From an uncultured Gemmatimonadaceae bacterium (GTDB lineage Bacteria; Gemmatimonadota; Gemmatimonadetes; Gemmatimonadales; Gemmatimonadaceae), in assembly GCA_963781585.1 (NCBI GenBank), contig CAWAGQ010000007.1:128001-192000 (forward strand): a stretch of 64,000 bases of DNA, written 5' to 3'. The translations under genes and the position numbers were made by a program. The number at the start of each line of letters is the position of its first letter. Within the stretch, counting starts at the first letter, position 1. Positions 11,720 through 20,705 of the stretch are shown here, one piece after another. The notes under the pieces were generated by a model. The model did no database searches. It worked only from the letters and a program-made list of their open reading frames with translations, and was not told the DNA's origin.

Positions 11720-12703
11720 CTACATGCAGTTGTCGGGTGCGTTGCCGCCGATGTGCGTTGTCATGTACACGTCATTCTGCCCAAAGCCGCCCGATCGCGA
11801 GCTCGTGAAATACAGCGTCTGGCCGTTCGTGGTTATCGAGGGGGAGTTCTCGTTGCCCGACGAGTTCACGATGGCGCCCAAATTCACCGGAGTGCAGAAA
11901 GGACTATTCGGCGCTTTTCGACTTGCGGTCCAGATATCGATCAGCCCGACGCCGCCGGCGCGATTTGACGTGAAGTAGATCGTGAGGCCATTCCCGGTGA
12001 GCGTGAAGCGTGTGTCACGGCCCGCAGTGTTCAACTCCACTACGGGAGCCGGCGGCTCGAACGTCCCATCCGTCGCGATCTCACTCCGGTAGATGTCGTA
12101 TCCGCCGCTTCCGCCCGGTCGATTCAGACTGGTGAACCAGAACTCCCCTCCCCCGTGCTGATTTCCGACGGGCAGGCAGTCCGCCTCGTCGAACGTGGTA
12201 TTGACGGCCGGGCCCAGGTTCTCGGGTACGCTCCACCCGAAATCGTCATGCGGGTTGTCGCGGTAGCTGCGCCAGCAGTCGAGCCCACCCTGGCCTCCAG
12301 GGCGACGCGACGCGAGATAGAGGTAGTGGCCGTCGAGGGACAACGAGGGCGACACGTCGATCGCCGGCGTGTTCACCGTGGGCCCGAGATTCACCAACGG
12401 TCCCCAGGTGCCGTCCGGCTGCAGCCTCGATACCCAGATGTCCTGGTCGCCGAGTGTGCCCGGGCGATCCGAGGACACGTACAGCGACTTTCCATTGGGT
12501 GCGATGCCGAGCTGCCCTTCCGCGGAACTGGTGTTGATCCCGGATCCCAGGTTGACCGGCGCGTTCCACTCCTGGCCGGCGAGGTTCATTTGCGCTGGCT
12601 GAGCGATCCCGGTCGCGTTATCAGGCGCGTGACACGCCACTGCGGCACCGAGAGCCACCGCAATGCCCGGAAGCCAGCGACCGCCTTTGCTTGCGTCATA
12701 CAT
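11720..12703 (-). CDS. PD40/TolB-like beta-propeller lipoprotein
   Basis: Repeated NLG..VNT...SPS...DG..LYF.S.R.GG.G..DI motif; lipobox AVAC. Confidence 0.85.
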   Translation of the reverse strand: MYDASKGGRWLPGIAVALGAAVACHAPDNATGIAQPAQMNLAGQEWNAPVNLGSGINTSSAEGQLGIAPNGKSLYVSSDRPGTLGDQDIWVSRLQPDGTWGPLVNLGPTVNTPAIDVSPSLSLDGHYLYLASRRPGGQGGLDCWRSYRDNPHDDFGWSVPENLGPAVNTTFDEADCLPVGNQHGGGEFWFTSLNRPGGSGGYDIYRSEIATDGTFEPPAPVVELNTAGRDTRFTLTGNGLTIYFTSNRAGGVGLIDIWTASRKAPNSPFCTPVNLGAIVNSSGNENSPSITTNGQTLYFTSSRSGGFGQNDVYMTTHIGGNAPDNCM

Positions 12704-12979
12704 GAGACGTTTCCTCTCATATGGAGGGTGAGTGTGCCTGGTCGCTGCGCCGCATCCGTGGAGTCGGCTCAAACGATCCGCAACGCGGCGGTACACTAGC
12801 CACCGCGCCTCATTTGGGGCTCATACCTGGCTCAGAGCTGCTCAGTCGCGCCCCAAGTTCGGATCGGACACGTTTCCCGGCGTCACGCCTGCGCCCCGGG
12901 AACCCCTCGTCGTTCGCGCCGCACTCGCCCACCCCCCCGCTATCCCGCGTCGCGCTCCATCGGAGGAGCTGAAGTTGGC

Positions 12980-13010
12980 GCCTAACGCAAAGGTGAACGA
13001 GCCCGTCTCA
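12980..13010 (-). other. attC half-site (L'/R' side)
   Basis: Minus strand GGGCTCGTTCACCTTTGC-GTTAGGC, a core site upstream of a minus-strand gene; R'' arm absent. Confidence 0.4.
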
Positions 13011-13059
13011 CTGCATGCACATGAGCAGGAGGCCAGGACGCGCTCGCGAGTGATTGGAT

Positions 13060-13182
13060 GAGGATGGCGCCGTGCTGAGAAAGCAGCGGGTTGGCATCCC
13101 GTGAAAGGCGGCCCTCTCCGGGTCAGGGCCGCCACTCGGTGCTTGCTTCCCCCCGGCTTCACGGATACAATCTGACGCGCAC
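13060..13182 (-). ncRNA. Structured non-coding segment resembling an IS110-family non-coding end (bridge-RNA-like), with no adjacent recombinase
   Basis: Perfect 9-bp hairpin GGCGGCCCT/AGGGCCGCC (13107-13133) nested in an outer stem (about 13096-13166); AAGCACCGAG...GGATGCCAACCCGC motif recalled from IS110 ends, not verified. Confidence 0.4.
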
Positions 13183-13211
13183 CTCATTCCGGCCTCAGAC
13201 CGGGCTCACAC

Positions 13212-16205
13212 GTGGTTCGAAGTTTGCGGTTGCCGACGCGATCCTTTTCGCTGACGACGTTTGGGACGCTGACATTGAGTTCGGAGGTCGTACCGGGCCT
13301 GGCCCAACAACGGCGTCGTCTGGCGTTGCTGGCATTGCTGGCGGCGTCGGGAGAGCGGGGTCTCACCCGCGACCAGATCCTTGGGCTTCTCTGGCCGGAG
13401 ACTGAGTCCACCAACGCCCGGCACTCACTCGAACAACTGGTCCACGCCACCCGCCGTGCGCTGGGCGATACCGTCTTCAACGGCGTGAATCCGCTTTCCT
13501 TGAACACCGACGTCGTCGTATGCGACGTCGTCGAGTTTGAACGCGCCGTCTCGAGCGCCGACTTGACGCGCGCGGTCGCGTTGTACCAGGGTCCGTTTCT
13601 CAAGGGCTTCTTTCTCGACGATGCTCCCGAATTCGAACGGTGGACGCAGAGCGAGCGGACACGCCTCGCCGATCGCCACGCCGCTGCCCTGCGGCAACTC
13701 GCCGCCGCCGCGGAGACGTCCGGCGATCATGCGGCGGCCATCGGATGGTGGCGCCGCCTTGCCGATGTCGATCCGCTGAGCAGCCGATCCGCGCTCGGGC
13801 TCATGCGGGCATTCGTCGCCGCCGGAGACCGGGCAGCCGCACTGCAACACGGTCGCGTGTATGAAGCGCTCGTCCGCCAGGAGCTCGAGAGCCTGCCGGA
13901 TCCTTCGGTCGTGTCGTATGTGGAGGCGGTGCGTTCCGGCAGGGTCGAGTCCGTTCCGCCGATGTCAGAGAACGCGGGCCTTCTCGCGAGGCCTCTCGAC
14001 GCCAGCCGTCACGCATCGGCACCAACGCCAGCGCCGCGTACGTCAGCGGCCGTCAGGCCCCCGGTCCCAGCCGCTTTTCTTCCACCGATGTGGGCGGCAG
14101 GAATTGTGGGTATCATCGTGCTCCTGTCTGTCGCGTGGTTAGGCTGGCATCGCTTTGCCGCCCCGGCGGTCGATCCGAATCGCATCGTTGTGCTGCCGTT
14201 TGCGGTAACAGGCGGCAACGACTCCGCCAGGGTCATCGGCGCGCAGGTTGTGGATCTGTTGTCACCGATGTTGACAGGTGAGGGGGGACCCATCGCCGTC
14301 GACTCCCGGACTGCCGCCGCCGCGTGGAATCGGGTGAGCAGGGGCCGTGATGCGACGGTCGACCTGGCGCGGAACGCGGCGCGCGACGTTGGCGCCGCCG
14401 AGTCTCTCACCGGAACCGCGGTCCTTGCCTCCGGACGATTGACCCTGACCGGATCGCTCGTCGATTCCAGACTGGGTGATGCGCAGCCCCTGGAGTCGGT
14501 GACTGGTTCCGCTGACAGCGTGGCGTCGCTGCTCGGCCAGATGGTTGCACAGATTGTAGTGCGGCACGCGAACGTGCCTCCACGCGCGAGAGACGCGCTG
14601 GTGCATGAGTCGCTTCCGGCCCTGCGTGCGTATCTGGACGGCCTTCGCGCTTATCGAGAGTCGCGTGCGGCGGCGGCGATGGAGGCCTTTGAGCGCGCAC
14701 TGGATTCCGATTCGACCTTCGCACTCGCGGCGCTGCAGCTGGCCACGGCAACGACGAAGTTCTTCCGGCAGAGGGGCGTGTGCGTCAACAACATCTGCCC
14801 CTGGCGCGGCATCCTTCTGGGCGTCGAAGATGCCCGGAGTCCTCAGGACGACGAGCGATTCGAGCGCGGCGTCAGGCTGGCCTGGGAGTCCCGGGGACGG
14901 CTTCCGCCGAGTCTCCTTCCGCTGCTCAAGGCACTCCGTCCGACTTCCAATCGAGCCGTGCGGGCGAGTGAGCTGAACGCGGCGCTCGAGCGTGCGGCCG
15001 CTGCTGCGCCGGATCGGGCGGACATTCCGTACTTCCTCGGTCTGGTCATGCTCTACCAGGGGCCCGCGATCGGATTCACCGATGCACTGGGACGTGCTGA
15101 AGCATTGTTCCTGAAGGCGGGGTCGCTGGATTCGAGTTACCTGCCGCCGTTGGGACGTTTGGTGGACGTCGCCGCATATCAGACGGACACGGCGAAGCTG
15201 CGGCGTTATGGAGCCGCATATCTCTCGCGCGATCGAACAAGTGCGACGGCCGACTTCGTGCGGTGGCGGGTAGCCATTGGCGTCGGAGACACGGCGGCGG
15301 AACGGGCTGTGGCGTCACGCTTCGACGAGATGGATCCGGCGACGCTCAGGCAGATTGTCAGAGCGAGCCTGATGACCGGCGTGGCGCTCAACGACGCAGA
15401 CCGCGCGATGGGCGCGATTGTCCGTCGGACCACTGACCCTCTGGAGCGGTCCGGGGTGCTTTTCCAGGCCAGCTCTCTGGCGCTGAATCGAGGACGGCCG
15501 CGCGTCTCCGACAGCCTGTTGCGCCTGCGGCACGAGCTCGACTCGGTACAGTCCGGATTCTGGCAGTCGACGACTCTGGCCGCGTTGTTCGGGGACGGCG
15601 AGCGCGCGACCGCCGAGGCCAGCGCTCGCGAGCGGGAGCAATGGCTGGCCCGCGATACGATTCGCTGGGCCGCAAGACCCGCCGATTCCATCCCACCAAA
15701 CGTTGTCACGCAGGTGTGGCAGGAGGCGATGTGGGAATGGTCGCGCGGCGATAATCGCGAGACGGTCGCCCTGTCCAGTTGGGTACGGAGACACGGGTGG
15801 GCAGAGGTCGCGGACATTCTCGACATGCTGTCCGCGACGTCGCTGAGGCGGAGCGACGCGCCGGCCCTTCGCGCACACGCGGACTCTGTGGCGCGACGCG
15901 GCTGTTGCCGCCCTCCACACCAGATCGATATGATGCTGGCGTCGGCGTATGAGCTGGCCGGAGACGATTCCGCGGCTCTGGCCGTGCTGCGGCGCGGACG
16001 CTGGATCGCCGCGCCAGAGTTCCTCGCCGCGCACCTGCTGCGCGAGGGTCGGCTGGCGGAGAAGCTTGGCGACACTACTAGTGCGATCGCTGCCTACACG
16101 CACTTTCTTGCGCTGTACGCGGATCCCGAACCGCGACTGCGGCCCAAACGCGACAGCATCCGCGCCCATCTTCTCCGGTTGAATCATGGACGTCCCCCGT
16201 CCTGA
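13212..16205 (+). CDS. BTAD/SARP-type transcriptional activator domain + TM + TolB_N/TPR-like region
   Basis: LLALLA...RDQILGLLWPE, DVVEFE...YQGPFL.GF....PEFERW, DPLS...LMRA. Confidence 0.85.
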   Translation: MVRSLRLPTRSFSLTTFGTLTLSSEVVPGLAQQRRRLALLALLAASGERGLTRDQILGLLWPETESTNARHSLEQLVHATRRALGDTVFNGVNPLSLNTDVVVCDVVEFERAVSSADLTRAVALYQGPFLKGFFLDDAPEFERWTQSERTRLADRHAAALRQLAAAAETSGDHAAAIGWWRRLADVDPLSSRSALGLMRAFVAAGDRAAALQHGRVYEALVRQELESLPDPSVVSYVEAVRSGRVESVPPMSENAGLLARPLDASRHASAPTPAPRTSAAVRPPVPAAFLPPMWAAGIVGIIVLLSVAWLGWHRFAAPAVDPNRIVVLPFAVTGGNDSARVIGAQVVDLLSPMLTGEGGPIAVDSRTAAAAWNRVSRGRDATVDLARNAARDVGAAESLTGTAVLASGRLTLTGSLVDSRLGDAQPLESVTGSADSVASLLGQMVAQIVVRHANVPPRARDALVHESLPALRAYLDGLRAYRESRAAAAMEAFERALDSDSTFALAALQLATATTKFFRQRGVCVNNICPWRGILLGVEDARSPQDDERFERGVRLAWESRGRLPPSLLPLLKALRPTSNRAVRASELNAALERAAAAAPDRADIPYFLGLVMLYQGPAIGFTDALGRAEALFLKAGSLDSSYLPPLGRLVDVAAYQTDTAKLRRYGAAYLSRDRTSATADFVRWRVAIGVGDTAAERAVASRFDEMDPATLRQIVRASLMTGVALNDADRAMGAIVRRTTDPLERSGVLFQASSLALNRGRPRVSDSLLRLRHELDSVQSGFWQSTTLAALFGDGERATAEASAREREQWLARDTIRWAARPADSIPPNVVTQVWQEAMWEWSRGDNRETVALSSWVRRHGWAEVADILDMLSATSLRRSDAPALRAHADSVARRGCCRPPHQIDMMLASAYELAGDDSAALAVLRRGRWIAAPEFLAAHLLREGRLAEKLGDTTSAIAAYTHFLALYADPEPRLRPKRDSIRAHLLRLNHGRPPS

Positions 16206-16232
16206 CGGAAGGACGGTCTTTGTTGGGCGCCG

Positions 16233-19200
16233 TCAGAATTCATAGCGGAGACCGAACTGCAACTGGTACGCCGACTCCGTGGGGAGTGTGGACCAGCGGG
16301 ACGTTGCGGCGAAGCGAAATACCGGTTGGGCCACACCGGACCCTCCACTCGTCTCGCCAACCTGCGTGAGTAGCTGAGGGATGGCCACGCGGTACCGGCC
16401 CCAGCGGCTCGAAAGCAGGTTCAGCACGTTGAAGAGATCGACGTGAAGCGCGACGCCACCGATTCCCGGGAGCGAAACGCGCTGGCGAACCGACGCGATG
16501 GTGGTGTGGGACCATGGTTCGCGGCAGGAGTTGCGGCGCATGATTGCCCCGCGTTGCCGGCGCAGGCATGGTGTGGCATCGATGAACTGATCGAAGGCCT
16601 TCTGCTGCGCGACGTCCCCGTCGGGTGTGTCCGCGACGAAGAGGATCTGCGACGGGTCGCCGGCGCGGGTCGGAACGTAGATCGGATCGTTTCCGACCGC
16701 GCCGTCGGCATTCAGGTCTCCCCGCTTCCCCACGCCACCGGCCACATAGGTGAACGGGCTGCCGGATTCGCCGACGTAGTAGAACGAGATATCGGTCGTC
16801 AGGCGGTGCCACGGCGCGGCGACGGTGCCGGCAAGCACCACACGATGCGGAAGATCGTACAGCGACACGCCCGTCGACATGTCGTCGTGGCGTCCGGAGA
16901 TCACGCGCTGCGACGTCCAGTTCACCGTCCCGCGCATGCCGGACCGGATGGGAAGCGCCACGTCACGCACGCGCGTGAATGTGTACGAGGCCATCGCACC
17001 GACTCGGCTCGAGAACCGCTTTTCCAGGCGGGCATCGACCTGGAACGCGTGATTCCCGCTCACGTTCCGTACCTCGATGACTTCGGGAAACGTGGAACGC
17101 GTCGCGGCCCGGGACGCGCCCGTCACGTCGATGGTCCCGTACATCACCCGGCCGTGCGGGTCCACGCCCTGCGGTCCGGCCAGGTTCAGATTCACGAAGA
17201 TGAAGTCCGACCTGGCGCGGGTCAGCATGACGTCGGTTGTCGCGACCATGTTCCAGGGCAATCGTCGCTCGTACGCCAGGGAGACGCGTGTAGATTGCGC
17301 CATGCGAAGGTGGCGGTCGAGGAGATCCACGTCGCCTCTGGGCGAGGCGCCGCTGCCGTTGGCGCAGGAAACCGGTGCGGCGCGGACGTGCGGTTCGAAC
17401 GTGGGCGCCGCTCCGGGATCGCCAGGCAGCCCACAAGAGAGGGTTCCCGTACCGATACCGTTGCTGTAGATGGCCGTGTGCGCCCAGGCGGGAGGGTAGC
17501 GACCAGTGAAGATCCCGGCTCCACCGCGAATGACGTCGCGGCCCGTACCGAAGAGATCCCACGTCACTCCGAGCCGCGGCGAGACGTAGACGTGCGCCAC
17601 AGGCGCGCGATCGGTGCGCCTGCCGAAGAGGGTGTCCACTCCGACACTATAGGCGGCGTGGTCCAGCACGTCGAACAGATCGCCGCGAACACCGAGCGTG
17701 ACCGAGACCCGCGAGCCAGCGCGCCACTCATCGCTGGCGAATGCCGCATACTGCGCCCCGCGCATTCCGAGCGCCGCACTGCCGAAATCTTCGGTCACTT
17801 GATACCGATCGGCTGTGCCGTGCCCCAGCGCGTCGAGGCTCGAGAACGACCACGTGCCATAGCTGCCGTTCAGTCCGCCTCGTTGGAGTCGGAACAGCTC
17901 CGCCTCCGCACCAACGACGACCGTCTGCGAGGCGCGGACGGGGACGGTCAGCTGCTCGCTCAAGGTGATCGCCCGCGATCCCTGTGATACGCCGCTTCCC
18001 TCCTGGCTGCCGGCCTTGAGGACTTCCATGCCGCCTCCGATGCGGGGTACCTGGACCGCGACTAACGGCGAACGGACGTCTGGGCGATTCTCGAACCACC
18101 CTGACCGATAGGAGAGGGTCACCACGTTGTAGCCGTTTCCGCGGAGCACCGTGTGCAATTGCGCCGATGCAAGGCGTGACCCACTGGCCTGAGTGATGCC
18201 GTAGCTGGAGAGTGAGAAGGTATCGGGGGAGACGCGAGAGAATTGCATGTTGTCCGCGCGGCCGTAGCTCGCCAGCAGCACGACGCGACTGCCCAACGTT
18301 GGCACCGACGCATCGAGACGTGCGAACAGGTTCGTCAGCGGACTGGAGACAGAAACGGGGCCACCGGAGCCGGCATCGAGTCCGTAGGTGTCGTGCATGA
18401 TGCTGGTGAATCGCGCGACGTCACTCGCAAGCACGCGCAGTGAATCTGGTGCACCTGCCGGCTGGCCCACGAATGGGCCGAGTGCCGGTGAGGAGAGGCG
18501 CCGGAATTCCGGGGCGATGAAGTACTGCACACGGTCGCGGACGAGCGGACCGCCAAGGGTAAAACCGAATTGGGTGCGATCATAATGCGCCGCACGAATC
18601 GTCTGATCGCGTCGGGCCAATCCGTCGTTTCGCCGGTACACGAATGCGGTGGCGTGCGGTTCGTTGGTCCCCGACTTCGTGACGACGTTCACCATGGCGC
18701 CGGAGAAATCGCCGTAGCGGACGTCGAATGGAGCAAGCAGCACCTGGTATTCCCTGACGGCTTCGATGGGTCGCGACGCGTTGGCGCTGTTTCCGGACAC
18801 CGCGCGATCACTCGCACCGTCAACCAGAAAGTTGTTGAAGCGCACGTTCGTGCCGGCGCCGGATATGCCTCCGATCGCCAGCGCGACCTTCGTCGAAATC
18901 TGCGGAGCGAGGCGTACGAAGTCGTACATGTCACGATTCAGCGACGGCAGGCGGTGAAGCAGGCTGTCGGTAACCGTGGTCGCGGTCGCGAGGCGCGAGG
19001 CGCGAGCGACGATCCGCTGACTCGTCAGGGTCGTGGCGACAGGCACCAGGGACACAGCTACCTCGAGGGTTTGGCCTAACGTGAGGTATACGACGGGGCG
19101 CAGGTACGAGTGGAACCCGAATCGGCGCACCTGCAAGGCATACGGCCCCCCGACGGGCAACCCCCACAGCACGAATCGGCCGCCTCGCGCGGCAACTTCC

Positions 19201-19412
19201 TGTCGAAAGCCCGTCGTCGCGTTTGCCACAAGGACTGTCGCATCGGGCGGCGAGACGGTGCCGCGAATCGTTGCTGTCGTCACGTCCTGCGGCAGGGCTC
19301 GATGTGGCACGCCAAAGCCCACGCACATCACGACGGCGCGAAGGGCGAGGCGTCGCCCGGGCGCCAGGGTTGTGCTTGCGCGGCGCGCTACGTTCGGGGG
19401 ACCCGTGTTCAT
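16233..19412 (-). CDS. TonB-dependent receptor (Oar-like) with N-terminal carboxypeptidase-regulatory domain
   Basis: G.FSGAMVNVVTKSGTN plug motif, SPRLG, C-terminal QFGLRYEF. Confidence 0.88.
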   Translation of the reverse strand: MNTGPPNVARRASTTLAPGRRLALRAVVMCVGFGVPHRALPQDVTTATIRGTVSPPDATVLVANATTGFRQEVAARGGRFVLWGLPVGGPYALQVRRFGFHSYLRPVVYLTLGQTLEVAVSLVPVATTLTSQRIVARASRLATATTVTDSLLHRLPSLNRDMYDFVRLAPQISTKVALAIGGISGAGTNVRFNNFLVDGASDRAVSGNSANASRPIEAVREYQVLLAPFDVRYGDFSGAMVNVVTKSGTNEPHATAFVYRRNDGLARRDQTIRAAHYDRTQFGFTLGGPLVRDRVQYFIAPEFRRLSSPALGPFVGQPAGAPDSLRVLASDVARFTSIMHDTYGLDAGSGGPVSVSSPLTNLFARLDASVPTLGSRVVLLASYGRADNMQFSRVSPDTFSLSSYGITQASGSRLASAQLHTVLRGNGYNVVTLSYRSGWFENRPDVRSPLVAVQVPRIGGGMEVLKAGSQEGSGVSQGSRAITLSEQLTVPVRASQTVVVGAEAELFRLQRGGLNGSYGTWSFSSLDALGHGTADRYQVTEDFGSAALGMRGAQYAAFASDEWRAGSRVSVTLGVRGDLFDVLDHAAYSVGVDTLFGRRTDRAPVAHVYVSPRLGVTWDLFGTGRDVIRGGAGIFTGRYPPAWAHTAIYSNGIGTGTLSCGLPGDPGAAPTFEPHVRAAPVSCANGSGASPRGDVDLLDRHLRMAQSTRVSLAYERRLPWNMVATTDVMLTRARSDFIFVNLNLAGPQGVDPHGRVMYGTIDVTGASRAATRSTFPEVIEVRNVSGNHAFQVDARLEKRFSSRVGAMASYTFTRVRDVALPIRSGMRGTVNWTSQRVISGRHDDMSTGVSLYDLPHRVVLAGTVAAPWHRLTTDISFYYVGESGSPFTYVAGGVGKRGDLNADGAVGNDPIYVPTRAGDPSQILFVADTPDGDVAQQKAFDQFIDATPCLRRQRGAIMRRNSCREPWSHTTIASVRQRVSLPGIGGVALHVDLFNVLNLLSSRWGRYRVAIPQLLTQVGETSGGSGVAQPVFRFAATSRWSTLPTESAYQLQFGLRYEF

Positions 19413-19493
19413 GGTCGGCCGCCGCCGGTCATCCAGCCTGCACTGCGGCTGGTCGCGATCTCACGGGCATGGTAGCGGCGAATAACCCGCTGC

Positions 19494-19602
19494 ATCCCAC
19501 GACTGCACTTCTGCTGCCAGGCGCCCCTGGGGCCGCGGCCGTCCAGCTCATCAGATATCCGGCTGCGGCCGAAGCAGTCAGCGCCGGGTCAGCAGCAAGC
19601 GC
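19494..19602 (-). other. Degenerate attC whose R'' box is replaced by an IS110-like end
   Basis: Arms gcacttctgctgccaggcgc / gcgccgggtcagcagcaagcgc match the local attC family. Confidence 0.55.
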
Positions 19603-20030
19603 GCCTCTGAGAGCCTAACGGTCAAGGACACAGCATTCCCCGCGACTGGTGACACCAGTGGAATGAGTCAATCGCGACCACAATAAACAGACCGGCTCTC
19701 CTTCTCAGGTCGAGGCTCGAGCGCGACCGGAGCCGGCTTGATGCACCGCTTCGTCCGCGAGTGGGACAGGAACGGTATGCGAAGGAGGCGGCAAATTCGG
19801 GTCAACGCGCGCGGGTTCAAGGCTTGCGCCTAGGCCGCGGTACCCGGCGGTTGCATCGAGCGCACCTCCGGTCGGTCCTGGTGACGAAGCCACTCCGTTG
19901 AGGTCGACTCCTCCTTCAGCATCCAAAAGCGAGAGGTGCAGAGTTTCCGCGCCGCGGCGACGGTCGCTTTCTGCTTCCCTGAGCGGAGAGCAACTTCTGA
20001 TAGTACTGTTCCAGTAGGCCCGGCGCCAGC
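19602..20030 (-). mobile_element. IS110/IS1111-family remnant: frameshifted transposase C-terminus plus about 225 bp non-coding right end
   Basis: LEQYYQKLL.../KQKATVAAARKLCTSRFWMLKEE (stop at 19830); end CCTTGACCGTTAGGCTCTCAGAG carries an outward-facing TTGACC -35-like box. Confidence 0.7.
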
Positions 20031-20345
20031 TCAGGCGTTCCGTGGACCCGATGGTGGCGCTCAGGTGCGAATAATGTTGGCGATGCGAACCGGCTCACGT
20101 AGAACTCGCGTCCCTGCTTCTCGAGCTCCTCGGGCGTCCCGACTGGCGGCTTGAAGTACTCGATCTTCGCCCACGCCATCCACCCCTGGATCGCGAGCGC
20201 GATCAGACGCAGCAGGTGGTACCGCGGAATCCCGAACCGCCCCGGGCGCTGTTGCCGTTTCAGGTCAGGCGCGCCTGCGGTCATCGCTTGACAGGTGCGC
20301 TGGGTGTAGACAACCTACATGCACCATATAGGGAGTCTACATCCT

Positions 20346-20705
20346 ATGCCGGCACGCCGCGGTCTCTCTCGCGTCGAGCTGCTCCAGGGCACGCTCGACA
20401 TGATCATCCTCCAGACCCTTCGCTGGGGCCCACGCCACGGCTACGGCATCGCGCAGATGATCCGCGCGACCTCGCGCGAGGCGCTCCGGGTGGAGACGGG
20501 GTCGCTCTACCCCGCCCTTCAGCGCCTCGAGAAGCAAGGGTGGATCTCGGCGAACTGGGACGTCTCCGAGAACGCACAGCGCGTCCGCGTGTACCGGCTG
20601 ACCGCCGCCGGCCGCAAGCAGCTCCAGTCCGAGCGCTCGCGCTGGGAGCAGCTCTCGAGCGCCATCGCGCGGATAATGACCGGGCCGCGAGAGAGCGAAT
20701 CATGA
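20346..20705 (+). CDS. PadR-family transcriptional regulator
   Basis: LLQGTLDMIIL...HGYGI...GSLYPALQRLE..GWI...YRLTAAGRKQL. Confidence 0.93.
   Translation: MPARRGLSRVELLQGTLDMIILQTLRWGPRHGYGIAQMIRATSREALRVETGSLYPALQRLEKQGWISANWDVSENAQRVRVYRLTAAGRKQLQSERSRWEQLSSAIARIMTGPRESES

Noticed and set aside
13177..13182. GTGCG on the minus strand as a group IIC-attC intron 5' end
   Set aside because: No reverse transcriptase ORF or domain V seen; a 5-mer is not enough evidence.
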